Below, in pieces: positions 18,748 to 27,406 of a stretch of 64,000 nt of DNA. Origin of the DNA: Candidatus Binatia bacterium (GTDB lineage: Bacteria; Desulfobacterota; Binatia; HRBIN30); assembly GCA_038245295.1 (NCBI GenBank), contig JBBRSP010000002.1:224001-288000 (forward strand). Direction: 5' to 3'. The position numbers were made by a program, and so were the translations under genes. Under the pieces are notes generated by a model that ran no database searches, was not told where the DNA came from, and saw nothing but the letters and a program-made list of their open reading frames with translations. Within the stretch, counting starts at the first letter, position 1, and the number at the start of each line of letters is the position of its first letter.

Positions 18748-21700
18748 ACCTGCTCGAGATCATCCGCGACGCACGGGACCACCTGCGGGAGAACGGCCGC
18801 GTGTCGCTGCGCGTGCTGCGCCGGCAGTTCGAGCTCGACGACGAGGGGCTCGACGAGCTGATCGAGGAGCTCGTCGACGTGCAGCGCGTGGCGCGTCGAG
18901 AAGAGAACGTGCTCGTCTGGGCCGGGAACGAAGACCCGGCGCCGTCCGCCGCCCGCCGTCCACCCTCCGCCTCTTCTCCGGCCAGCCCCCAGTCCCCAGC
19001 CCCCAGCCCACTGAGCTACACGCCGAAGCATCTCGCCGACAAGATCCTGCAGTCCAAGTCCGCCCTCGAAGGCGAGCGCAAGCAGGTGACGGTGATGTTC
19101 GCCGACGTGAAGGGCTCGATGGAGCTGGCCGAGCAACTCGATCCGGAGGCATGGCACCAGATCCTCGACCGCTTCTTCGCCATCCTCACCGAAGGCGTGC
19201 ACCGCTTCGAGGGCACGGTGAACCAATACACCGGCGACGGCATCATGGCGCTGTTCGGCGCGCCGATCGCGCACGAGGATCACGCCCAGCGCGCCTGCTT
19301 TGCGGCGCTGCACCTGCTCGAAGAGGTGCGCGGCTACTCGCGCGAGGTGAAGCGCGCGCACGGGCTCGACTTCGCTGTGCGCATCGGGCTGCATTCCGGC
19401 GACGTCGTTGTCGGCAAGATCGGCGACGATCTGCGCATGGACTACACGGCGCAGGGCCACACCGTCGGCCTGGCGCAGCGCATGGAGAGTTTGGCGGAGG
19501 CCAACAGCTGCTTCGTCAGCGGTGCGACGGCGGCGCTGGCGGCCGGCTATTTCGCCTTCGACGATCTCGGCGCCTTTCGCGTCAAGGGCGTCACCGAACC
19601 GGTGAACGTGTTCGTGCTGCGCGGCCTCGGCGCCGTGCGCACGCGCTTCGATGCGTCGCGGGCCCGCGGTCTCACGCGCTTCGTGGGTCGCGACGATGAC
19701 ATGCACACGCTCGAAGCCGCTCTCGCCCAGGCGCAGGCGGGGCACGGCCAGGTGATCGGCGTCGTGGCGGAGGCAGGAACGGGAAAGAGCCGCCTCTGTT
19801 TCGAGTTCGCCGAGCGTTGTCGCGCCCGCGGCATGACGATCAACGAGAGCCAGGCCGTGGCGCACGGGAAGAACGTCCCGCTCCTGCCGATCCTGCAGGT
19901 GCTGCGCGCCTACTACGGGATCGGCGAACGCGACGACGATCGCATGGTGCGCGAAAAGATCGCCGGGCGCCTGTTGCTGCTCGACGAGAGCTTCCGCGAG
20001 GTCCTGCCGGTGATCTTCGACTTCTTCAGGGTGCCCGACCCGGAGCGGCCGGTGCCCCGCATGGATCCAGAGGCGCGCCAGCGCCTGTATTTCGCCGTGC
20101 TGCGCAAAGTAGTGCAGCGCGACGATCCCTCCGGCCGCCCGCCGGTCACGTTGATCGAGGATCTCCACTGGATGGACCCGGCCAGCGAGGCGTTCCTCAC
20201 CGAGTGGGTGGAAGCGATCGGCGCGTCCGGCCGCTTGCTGGTGGTGAACTTCCGCCCCGAGTACCGCGCCGCCTGGATGCAGAAGTCGTACTATCGACAG
20301 ATCGCCCTCACGCCGCTCGGGCCCGAAGCCATCCGCGAACTGCTCTCGGACCTGTTGGGCAACGACGAGAGCACGGCGGGCCTCGCCGATACGATCCACG
20401 CGCGCAGCGGCGGCAACCCCTTCTTCGCCGAGGAGATCGTGCAGACGCTGATCGAGTCCGGAAACCTGCAAGGGAGCCGCGGCAGCTATCGCCTGACGAC
20501 ACCAGTGGCGCGACTCGACGTGCCGCCTTCCGTGCGCGGACTGTTGGGCGCGCGCATCGACCGGCTCGACGAGTGCGACAAGCAGGTGCTGCAGACCGCC
20601 GCCGTCATCGGCAAGGAGTTCTCCGAGCCGATTCTCCGCCAGGTGCTGGCTGCGACCGCCGGAGACGCTCTGCCCGAAACCCAGCTCGCCGAGGCGCTCG
20701 CGACCTTACGGACGCGCGAGTTCCTGCACGAGACCGCCCTCTACCCGGTCGCCGAGTACACGTTCAAACATCCGCTGACGCAGGAGGTAGCACTCGGTTC
20801 GCAACTGCAGGAGCGGCGCCGGCAGATCCACGCGGCAGTGGCGGCGGCGATCGAAGCGACGCACGCCGACAAGCTCGACGAGCACGCGGCGCTACTGGCA
20901 CACCACTGCACGCAGGCGGGCGAGGCATTGGCGGCAGCGCAATGGCACGCGCGCGCCGCGACATTCCTCGCACGGAGCGACGTCACGGAATCAGCACGCC
21001 ACTGGCAGCAGGCGCGCGAGGTGTTGTGCAAGGTCGCCGACGACCCGCGCGCGCCGGCGCTCGGCGCCAACGCCTGTTTTCACGTGCTCGGCCTCGCGTT
21101 CCGGCTGGGTGTACCGGAGCCCGAGGCGCAAGCCGTGTTTCGCGAAGGGCTCGATTGGGCTGCGCGCACGGACGACCCGCTCTGGGCGGCCCGGTTGCAC
21201 CAAGCTATGGCGGTGTTCGAGAGCGGCAACAATCGGTTCGATGCCGGGCTCCGCCACGGCGTGGAATGGGAACGCATCGTGCGCTCGTTGCCCGACGCGG
21301 AGCGCCGTGCCTGCGCCCTCTGGCCGACTCTTGTGCCATTGCTCGGTAAGGGAGACTTGGCCGCCCTGCGGATCAACTGCCAGCAGCAGATCGCCTGGAC
21401 CGAGACGCATCCCGAATGGGGCATGCGAGATTGGGGCGTCAGTGCACTCGCGGACGTGCTCAACACCCTAGCGTGGGTTGAGTTCCGGGATGGGACTTTC
21501 GAGCAGGCTCGTGCGTTGACCGAGCGCTCGATCGACATCGCACGAGGGCTGAACAACGAGACCGAGGTGTGGGGCTTGGGGGTCCTCGGAGATCTGGGAT
21601 TCCTCGCCGGTGACCCGGAGCTGTCTCGAGCAGCGGTCGAACGTGGCGTCCGAATCAGCGAACCACTGGGGGTGTTGGCACGCCAAATTGCCCACAGTCG

Positions 21701-22199
21701 GCTCGGTCGACAGCTCTTGCTCGACGGGCGGGCGGCTGAGGCGGCGGAGGCGCTCGAGTACGCCCAGTCGTTCTGCAAAGACGGAAACCGCACCCAGGAG
21801 CTGTTCATCGCACAAGCGCTGGCACAGGCAAGGCTCGAAGCAGGCGAACCCGCGCGCGCGCGGGCGATGGCCGAAGCCGCGCTGGAGGACTCTCTCAAGC
21901 TCGGCGCCCGCCTCTGCGCGATCGATTCCGCGCTGGTGTTGTCGGCCGCCCTGCGCGCCGAGACGGGCCTGGGAGCCGCGCCGTGGATCGAAGAGGTGCT
22001 CGCGACCGCCGACCGCCTGATCGCCGAAACCGGCGCTCGAAACATGACCGCATTCGTGCTCGTGGAGCGCGCGGCGCTATCTGCCCTGCGTGGCGACAGG
22101 CGGCAGCAGGCGGAGCATCTCCGCCGCGCCCACGAGGCGTTCACACGGATGGGTGCCACAGGCCAAGCAGCCCGCCTCGCGCGGGAGCTCAGCTCATGA
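18744..22199 (+). CDS. wHTH-like-class III cyclase-STAND ATPase-TPR protein, copy 2
   Basis: GTGA overlap with copy 1; N-terminus LRENGRVSLRVLRRQFELDD; same cyclase and ATPase motifs; divergent helical C-terminus. Confidence 0.9.
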   Translation: MNLLEIIRDARDHLRENGRVSLRVLRRQFELDDEGLDELIEELVDVQRVARREENVLVWAGNEDPAPSAARRPPSASSPASPQSPAPSPLSYTPKHLADKILQSKSALEGERKQVTVMFADVKGSMELAEQLDPEAWHQILDRFFAILTEGVHRFEGTVNQYTGDGIMALFGAPIAHEDHAQRACFAALHLLEEVRGYSREVKRAHGLDFAVRIGLHSGDVVVGKIGDDLRMDYTAQGHTVGLAQRMESLAEANSCFVSGATAALAAGYFAFDDLGAFRVKGVTEPVNVFVLRGLGAVRTRFDASRARGLTRFVGRDDDMHTLEAALAQAQAGHGQVIGVVAEAGTGKSRLCFEFAERCRARGMTINESQAVAHGKNVPLLPILQVLRAYYGIGERDDDRMVREKIAGRLLLLDESFREVLPVIFDFFRVPDPERPVPRMDPEARQRLYFAVLRKVVQRDDPSGRPPVTLIEDLHWMDPASEAFLTEWVEAIGASGRLLVVNFRPEYRAAWMQKSYYRQIALTPLGPEAIRELLSDLLGNDESTAGLADTIHARSGGNPFFAEEIVQTLIESGNLQGSRGSYRLTTPVARLDVPPSVRGLLGARIDRLDECDKQVLQTAAVIGKEFSEPILRQVLAATAGDALPETQLAEALATLRTREFLHETALYPVAEYTFKHPLTQEVALGSQLQERRRQIHAAVAAAIEATHADKLDEHAALLAHHCTQAGEALAAAQWHARAATFLARSDVTESARHWQQAREVLCKVADDPRAPALGANACFHVLGLAFRLGVPEPEAQAVFREGLDWAARTDDPLWAARLHQAMAVFESGNNRFDAGLRHGVEWERIVRSLPDAERRACALWPTLVPLLGKGDLAALRINCQQQIAWTETHPEWGMRDWGVSALADVLNTLAWVEFRDGTFEQARALTERSIDIARGLNNETEVWGLGVLGDLGFLAGDPELSRAAVERGVRISEPLGVLARQIAHSRLGRQLLLDGRAAEAAEALEYAQSFCKDGNRTQELFIAQALAQARLEAGEPARARAMAEAALEDSLKLGARLCAIDSALVLSAALRAETGLGAAPWIEEVLATADRLIAETGARNMTAFVLVERAALSALRGDRRQQAEHLRRAHEAFTRMGATGQAARLARELSS

Positions 22200-23428
22200 A
22201 CTGCCCGGCGTGCCAGCACGAGAACCGGCCAGGTGCCAAATTCTGCGAGGAATGCGCCGCACCGATCAGGAACCTGTGCATCGGCTGTGGCGCGGAGCTG
22301 CGTTTAACCGCGAAGTTCTGCGATGAATGTGGCGCGCCGGTGGGCGCCTCAACTCCGGATGTTGCGGCGGGTTTCAAACCCGCCGCAACAAGGGAGTCGC
22401 GTTCCCCTCGCGCCTACACCCCCAAGCACCTCGCCGACAAAATCCTGCAGTCGAAGTCCGCCCTCGAAGGCGAGCGCAAGCAGGTCACCGTCCTCTTCGC
22501 CGACGTGAAGGGCTCGATGGAGCTGGCCGAGCAACTCGATCCGGAGGTATGGCACCAGATCCTCGACCGCTTCTTCGCCATCCTCACCGAGGGCGTGCAC
22601 CGCTTCGAGGGCACGGTGAACCAGTACACCGGCGACGGCATCATGGCGCTGTTCGGCGCGCCGATCGCGCACGAGGATCATGCGCAGCGCGCTTGCTTCG
22701 CAGCGCTGCACCTGCGCGACCGCGTGCGCCAGTACGCCGACGAGCTGCGCCTCGATCCCGGCGTCAACTTCTCCTTCCGCCTCGCCCTCAACTCGGGCGA
22801 GGTGATCGTCGGCAAGATCGGCGACGATCTGCGCATGGACTACACGGCGCAGGGGCACACCGTCGGCCTGGCCCAGCGCATGGAGCAGCTGGCGCCGGCG
22901 GACGGCATCGCGCTGTCGCAGCACACACAGAAATCGGTCGACGGCTACTTCGCCGTGCGCTCGCTCGGGCCGCTGCGGGTGAAGGGTTCGCGCCAGCCGG
23001 TCGGCGTTTTCGTGTTGGAGGGCGTCGGCAGTCATCGCACCCGCCTCGACACATCGAGGGCGCGCGGGCTTTCGCGCTTCGTCGGCCGCGGCAGTGAAAT
23101 GGAGGCGCTCGAGTCGGCGCTGGCGCGCTCGCTCGAGGGCACGGGCCGCGTTGCCGCGGTCGTCGGCGAGGCGGGGGTCGGCAAGAGCCGGCTCTGCGCC
23201 GAGTTCATCGAGCGCTGCCGCGCCCGCGAGCTCGTCGTCTACGAGGCCCACTGCCCGCACCGGTTTCGAGGGACGTGGTTGCGATTCTCGCGATTGTCCA
23301 GAGAATCGCGAGAATCGCAACCGCGTCCCCGAATCGACGGCTTGCGCCGGGGAGGCGGATGTCCAGCGTTCCCTCCAAGTCAAAGTTGGGCTCTGTCGGA
23401 GAGGTGGACGAGCTGCGGCGCGCGTTAG
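22196..23428 (+). pseudogene. Double zinc ribbon-cyclase-STAND protein, copy 3, truncated shortly after Walker A
   Basis: ATGA overlap; similarity to copies 1 and 2 stops at YEAHCP (~23256), just before a palindromic element. Confidence 0.88.
23265..23333. repeat. GGGAC-ended palindromic element (REPIN/MITE-like)
   Basis: gggacgtggttgcgattctcgcgatt-N8-aatcgcgagaatcgcaaccgcgtccc. Confidence 0.85.
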
Positions 23429-23703
23429 GCGGCGCGGCGCTTGGCCAACGACTCGGCGAGCAAGAGCTTTATCAACGCCTGGTACGGCACATCGCGGGCG
23501 GATGCCGTAGCTTTCAATTGATTGAGCAACTCGGACGGGAGGCGGATCGACACCACTTGCGTCGGAGGAGGTTTGGGAAGCTCGAGGCCGAGGTCTTCAA
23601 AGGTCAACGGGTTGGCCGCCTTGATCATCGCCGATGTGTCGCGAGTATCGTAGTCGCGGATCTCCATACGCCGCGTCCTCGTCGTTCTACGCTTCTGCGC
23701 CAT
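23425..23703 (-). CDS. CopG/RHH-type antitoxin (BrnA-like)
   Basis: VVSIRLPSELLNQLKATASARDVPYQALIKLLL; overlaps the toxin gene. Confidence 0.85.
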   Translation of the reverse strand: MAQKRRTTRTRRMEIRDYDTRDTSAMIKAANPLTFEDLGLELPKPPPTQVVSIRLPSELLNQLKATASARDVPYQALIKLLLAESLAKRRAA

Positions 23704-23974
23704 AGATACGCCTTTCCTGGCGCGAAGCCGGCCTTGCCGTGATAATTCGCACCTTGCGGCCGCGAAGGGTGAAGCCAACCATCAACACGCGAGCCTCCAA
23801 GCTGCGACCATACAACAAATAGCGAGCTTCGCTCCGACTCGAATGTCGCCGGTCCTCGAATAGGCGATAGTGGTCGTCGTAGAATGCACTCTCGGCCTCC
23901 AAGCGCGATACGCCGTGTTTGATTTCATTCTTCTGGACATTCCACTGGTCCCAATCGAAAACGATTTCCTTCAT
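23687..23974 (-). CDS. brnT: BrnT family ribonuclease toxin
   Basis: FDWDQWNVQKNEIKHGVS..EA..F..DRRHS..EARY..RIITARPASRQERRIY. Confidence 0.92.
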   Translation of the reverse strand: MKEIVFDWDQWNVQKNEIKHGVSRLEAESAFYDDHYRLFEDRRHSSRSEARYLLYGRSLEARVLMVGFTLRGRKVRIITARPASRQERRIYGAEA

Positions 23975-23986
23975 TCGTCGAGTTCG

Positions 23987-24025
23987 AGTCTAGCCCCGCG
24001 CGCGGTGTAGCGTCAAACACTACAC
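23987..24025 (-). promoter_or_regulatory. Putative sigma-70 promoter of brnTA with palindromic operator
   Basis: Minus strand TTGACG-N18-TAGACT; GTGTAG-N9-CTACAC (24005-24025) straddles the -35. Confidence 0.6.
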
Positions 24026-24287
24026 AATCAAATGGTCGCCCCAGACTCCCCTCGGGCCCCAGATACCGACGAAAACGCCAGCCCCACGCGCGACACCCAC
24101 ACCGACGTCAACGCACCCGGGGACGCCCGCTGTCGATCCAGGCGACACGGACGCTGCCGCGCGAACGAGCCCCGACAGCGGCTGCCAGATCCAGGCCGCT
24201 GATCTGAGCAGCAACGCTTGGTTGATGCTCCCGCTTGTTGTGGTTGCTTGGCGGCGGCGACGACACCGCGAAAACACGGCGCGGTGA
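24021..24287 (+). pseudogene. Start-less C-terminal fragment of a surface protein (Pro/Thr linker plus MYXO-CTERM-like tail)
   Basis: PTKTPAPRATPTPTST..DSGCQI..AWLMLPLVVVAWRRRR; in-frame TAG upstream and no start codon ahead of the linker. Confidence 0.6.
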
Positions 24288-24478
24288 CCCGGGTCGAGCT
24301 CGGCTACACTGATCGAATCGACGCGTTGTGCGCCTCGGAACGCGTGGACGGTCACGGACGATCCGATTTGCGCACGCACGCCGGCTGGACGAACGTTGAG
24401 CGTTACGCGCTGTCCGGCGTGATTTTTATCGCGTCCGGACGAACGCCGCGCTGGTGATGAGATCCCCGCGGGCAATTG

Positions 24479-25699
24479 GGGACGCGGGCACAATCCGCAC
24501 AATTCCCCGGTTACATGCGCTGACTACAGGCATTGCAGCGATGTATTGCGGCGATTTCGATTGCCGTGGCTATCTCGTACCTTCCTCGCATGCCGCGTGG
24601 CCCTCGTCTGGATGCGCCTCTGGCGCTGCATCACGTCTGGAATCGCGGCATCGAGCGCTGCGACATCTTCCGCGACGACACCGATCGCCTTGACTTCCTG
24701 GCCCGCATCCAGGCTGCCGTTCGTGCCAAGCATTTTGCTGTGTACGCTTGGGCGCTGATGTCGAACCATTTCCACTTGCTGACGCAAACCGGCAACCTCG
24801 GCCTCTCGGCCGCCATGCGCGTCATCGAGGGCGGTTACGCCACATCCTTCAATAAACGCCACCGCCGCTCCGGTCACCTGTTCCAGAACCGCTTCAAGAA
24901 TGTGCTGGTCGGCGAAGACCCCTATCTCCTCGAGTTGCTGCGCTACATTCACTTGAACCCCGTGCGCGCCGGCATTGTGGCCGGTCTCGACGAACTCGAT
25001 CGTTATGCGTGTACCGGTCACGCCGCGATGATGGGAAATCGCATTGTGCCCTGGCACGACCACAACTTCGGTCTCGTGATGTTCGGCGTCGACTTCACCG
25101 AGGCGCGCAACGCCTATCGCTCCTTTGTAGCCGACGGCCTCAACTACCCCGAGCCGAACCTCGACGGTGGTGGACTGCGGCGCAGCCTAGGATTGTGGCA
25201 GCGCCTCAACCCGATGCGGCGCGGCCGCGAAGCCTGGAGCTTCGACGAGCGCATCTACGGCAGCAGCGAGTTCGTCGATTCGGTGCTCGCCGACATCAAC
25301 GCCGACGACACGCTTGAGCCCCGACCACCAGACGCCGGACAACTGCTCCATCACCTTGTTGAGCAACTGGCTCGTTTGACGGGCTTGCAGCCTGCCGAGC
25401 TGCGCTCCAACAGCAAGCGACCCAGTATCGTTCAAGCGCGCCGGGCACTTTGTTACCTCGCCGTCCGCCACGCGGCGCTCCCGGCGCGCCAGGTCGCCTT
25501 GCACTTAGGTGTCCGACCGTACGCCGTCCTGCGCTGCGCCGCAGGCGGAGAACAAGCCCTCCGCAAGATCGGTTGCAGAGCTGCCGAACTGCTCGCCTCC
25601 ACGGCTCATCCGCGCTGATACCGGCCCCGGCTCGCTCACCTTTCGGGACGATGCTTTCATCACACTCGCCAAGAATTGTGCGGATTGTGCCCGCGTCCC
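24479..25699 (+). mobile_element. RAYT-like HUH transposase element bounded by perfect 26-bp inverted repeats
   Basis: gggacgcgggcacaatccgcacaatt at 24479-24504 and its exact reverse complement at 25674-25699. Confidence 0.8.
24590..25618 (+). CDS. REP-associated tyrosine (Y1/HUH) transposase-like protein with C-terminal DnaA_C-like HTH
   Basis: MPRGPR..HHVWNRG, LMSNHFHLL (HUH), GHLFQNRFK, RYIHLNPVRAG; C-terminal ARRALCYLA..QVALHLG. Confidence 0.9.
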   Translation: MPRGPRLDAPLALHHVWNRGIERCDIFRDDTDRLDFLARIQAAVRAKHFAVYAWALMSNHFHLLTQTGNLGLSAAMRVIEGGYATSFNKRHRRSGHLFQNRFKNVLVGEDPYLLELLRYIHLNPVRAGIVAGLDELDRYACTGHAAMMGNRIVPWHDHNFGLVMFGVDFTEARNAYRSFVADGLNYPEPNLDGGGLRRSLGLWQRLNPMRRGREAWSFDERIYGSSEFVDSVLADINADDTLEPRPPDAGQLLHHLVEQLARLTGLQPAELRSNSKRPSIVQARRALCYLAVRHAALPARQVALHLGVRPYAVLRCAAGGEQALRKIGCRAAELLASTAHPR

Positions 25700-25722
25700 G
25701 AAATCGCGAAATCGGCCCCCCC

Positions 25723-25922
25723 CGGCAACACGCCGGCCGCGAAGGATGAAGCGCGGTCGCGATTCCTGGAACCGCTCCTGGGACACCTCGACACGGCCGG
25801 GCTGGGCCATCTTCCCGAAGTCGCCGGCGGCGAGCCGCCGCACACGCCGGGCGGATGTCCATTTCAAGCCTGGTCGGTGGGTGAGGCATTGCGCCTCGAT
25901 CGCATCGTCCTCGCCTGACCGC
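25723..25922 (+). pseudogene. Right 200-bp direct repeat: displaced 3' fragment of the debranching gene
   Basis: GNTPAAKDEARSRFLEPLLGHLDTAGLGHLPEVA..GCPFQAWS..VLA*. Confidence 0.92.
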
Positions 25923-26023
25923 CACTGGCGCAAGGTCTGAGCAAGGTCAGCGGAGAATAGTGCGAAGAATGGAGCACCGAGACTCAAGGGACTGCTGCCA
26001 AGGGCCTTTGCGGCGCGCCCGAT

Positions 26024-26443
26024 TTACGGCTTCATGCTTGGCAATGCCACCATCTTCAGTCCGGGGATGTCTTCAAAGTCCTTGAGATTCGATGTCAGGA
26101 GCTTGAGGTCGTGTTGAATCGCCTGCGCGGCCAACCATAGGTCATTGATACGGACGTACGGATCTCGGCCGCTTTTCTTCAGCTGAGCCGCAAGTGATCC
26201 GAATATCTCGGCGGTGTCGATGGTGATTCGGAGTTGCGGCTTGCGCCGTAAGCGTCGGAGGGTGGCACCGGCTCGTTCCTTCAGGGGACCACCGCGTAGC
26301 ACGGCGAAGCCAAACTGTAGTTCGGCGACATTGATCGGCGACAAGTACACCGGCTCCTGGCCGGTGATCTTGTGAATGTCCGCGGCACCGAGCGCGCCGC
26401 GCTCGACGGCGATCCAGATGCTGGTGTCGATTAGCCAACCCAC
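26024..26443 (-). CDS. vapC: VapC PIN-domain toxin
   Basis: LIDTSIWI, NVAEL, NDLWLAAQA, LLTSNLKDF..IPGL. Confidence 0.92.
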   Translation of the reverse strand: MGWLIDTSIWIAVERGALGAADIHKITGQEPVYLSPINVAELQFGFAVLRGGPLKERAGATLRRLRRKPQLRITIDTAEIFGSLAAQLKKSGRDPYVRINDLWLAAQAIQHDLKLLTSNLKDFEDIPGLKMVALPSMKP

Positions 26444-26706
26444 GGGTTCTTCAGCTCGGACACTCGGCCACGCCGGCTCTTGCGCTGCGACGAGATGACG
26501 CGCGACAGAGCCTCGGCGGTCTTGTCGTCGAGCGTTCGATAGAGGTCACCGAAGACCTCCATGGCATCCTGCCGCTGCGCCTCGGGTACGAGTCGCGCTA
26601 CCCGGCGACGGTTACGCACCAGCACGATCTCTTCCTGGTCGCGTTCCAGTCGGTCGAGCACAGAGCTGAAGTTGCGCGCCACCTCGGTTGCCGAGAGGGT
26701 TTTCAT
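26431..26706 (-). CDS. Phd/YefM family antitoxin
   Basis: MKTLSATEVARNFSSVLDRL..EEIVLVRN..VARLVP; overlaps vapC. Confidence 0.9.
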   Translation of the reverse strand: MKTLSATEVARNFSSVLDRLERDQEEIVLVRNRRRVARLVPEAQRQDAMEVFGDLYRTLDDKTAEALSRVISSQRKSRRGRVSELKNPWVG

Positions 26707-26789
26707 TGTCGCGACGATATCTGATCGAATCTGATTCTACAAGAATTGGCGTACTGGTTCCGGGCTCGCGCTCTGGATGCGGCTTGGCA

Positions 26790-26879
26790 GAACCAGAGGG
26801 CTCAGCCGATCGAGGAAGGTGCGGCGGCCATCGTCACAACGCAGATATCGCGTTCGATGCCACGGGCGATGACGTACAT
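26790..26879 (-). pseudogene. Frameshifted 5' remnant of a second RAYT-like transposase
   Basis: YVIARGIERDI then, in another frame, DDGRRTFLDRLSPLV; compare HVWNRGIERCDIFRDDTDRLDFLARI at 24590. Confidence 0.55.
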
Positions 26880-26952
26880 CACCTTCGCCCGACGCTTAGA
26901 AGCGAACTGGTTCGCAGTTGCGGCGACCTCTGGAGGATGCAATCTTGTGCAC

Positions 26953-27168
26953 ATGGATACGCCTCTGACCGCTGAGGATCTCTTGCCGTGGCTCCTCAAG
27001 CTGCCACACGATGAGCAACTGCGTCTGGCCAGACTCGCGTTGCATGCAGCTTCAGGCGGCGGGCGCGACGACCAACATGCCTACCAGGTTGCCCCAACCA
27101 CGAAGGAAGAATTTTCGATCGCTGAGGATTCCCTGACATGGGACGGCGAAGGCTGGGACGAGTTTTGA
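26953..27168 (+). CDS. Small acidic-tailed protein, putative antitoxin
   Basis: MDTPLTAEDLLPWLLKLPHDEQLRLA..EDSLTWDGEGWDEF; ends 3 bp before the mazF-like ORF. Confidence 0.6.
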   Translation: MDTPLTAEDLLPWLLKLPHDEQLRLARLALHAASGGGRDDQHAYQVAPTTKEEFSIAEDSLTWDGEGWDEF

Positions 27169-27171
27169 CCC

Positions 27172-27393
27172 ATGCGCCGCGGAGAGATTCGCTGGTACAC
27201 GTTTGCGCCGCCGAATAAACTGCGTCCTGTGCTGCTTCTCACCCGAGATGCGGTGATCAATACCTTGAATAAGGTTATCGCCGTAGCGGCAACACGAACG
27301 ATCCGGGGACTTTCAGCGGAAGTGCTTCTTTCACCGGACGATGGCATCGGTACCCACGCGCAATACGACGGGATCGACGCGCCGACGATTTGA
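27172..27393 (+). pseudogene. mazF: Truncated PemK/MazF toxin fused in frame to a HigB toxin C-terminus
   Basis: MRRGEIRWYTFAPPNKLRPVLLLTRD..TRTIRGL..DG, then IGTHAQYDGIDAPTI*. Confidence 0.75.
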
Positions 27394-27406
27394 CGGAGGA
27401 GGAGTT

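Noticed and set aside
15568..22900. Near-identical repeats between cyclase genes as DGR template/variable repeats
   Set aside because: Differences are mostly third-position and not adenine-specific; no reverse transcriptase
15325..23383. Long antisense ORFs (717, 597, 344 aa) opposite the cyclase genes, and similar shadow ORFs across the window
   Set aside because: Expected in high-GC coding DNA; no recognisable motifs; their mutual similarity only mirrors the sense paralogs
24290..24457. Possible gene remnant (..AGWTNVERYALSGVIFIASGRTPRW)
   Set aside because: Too short and no family could be assigned with confidence
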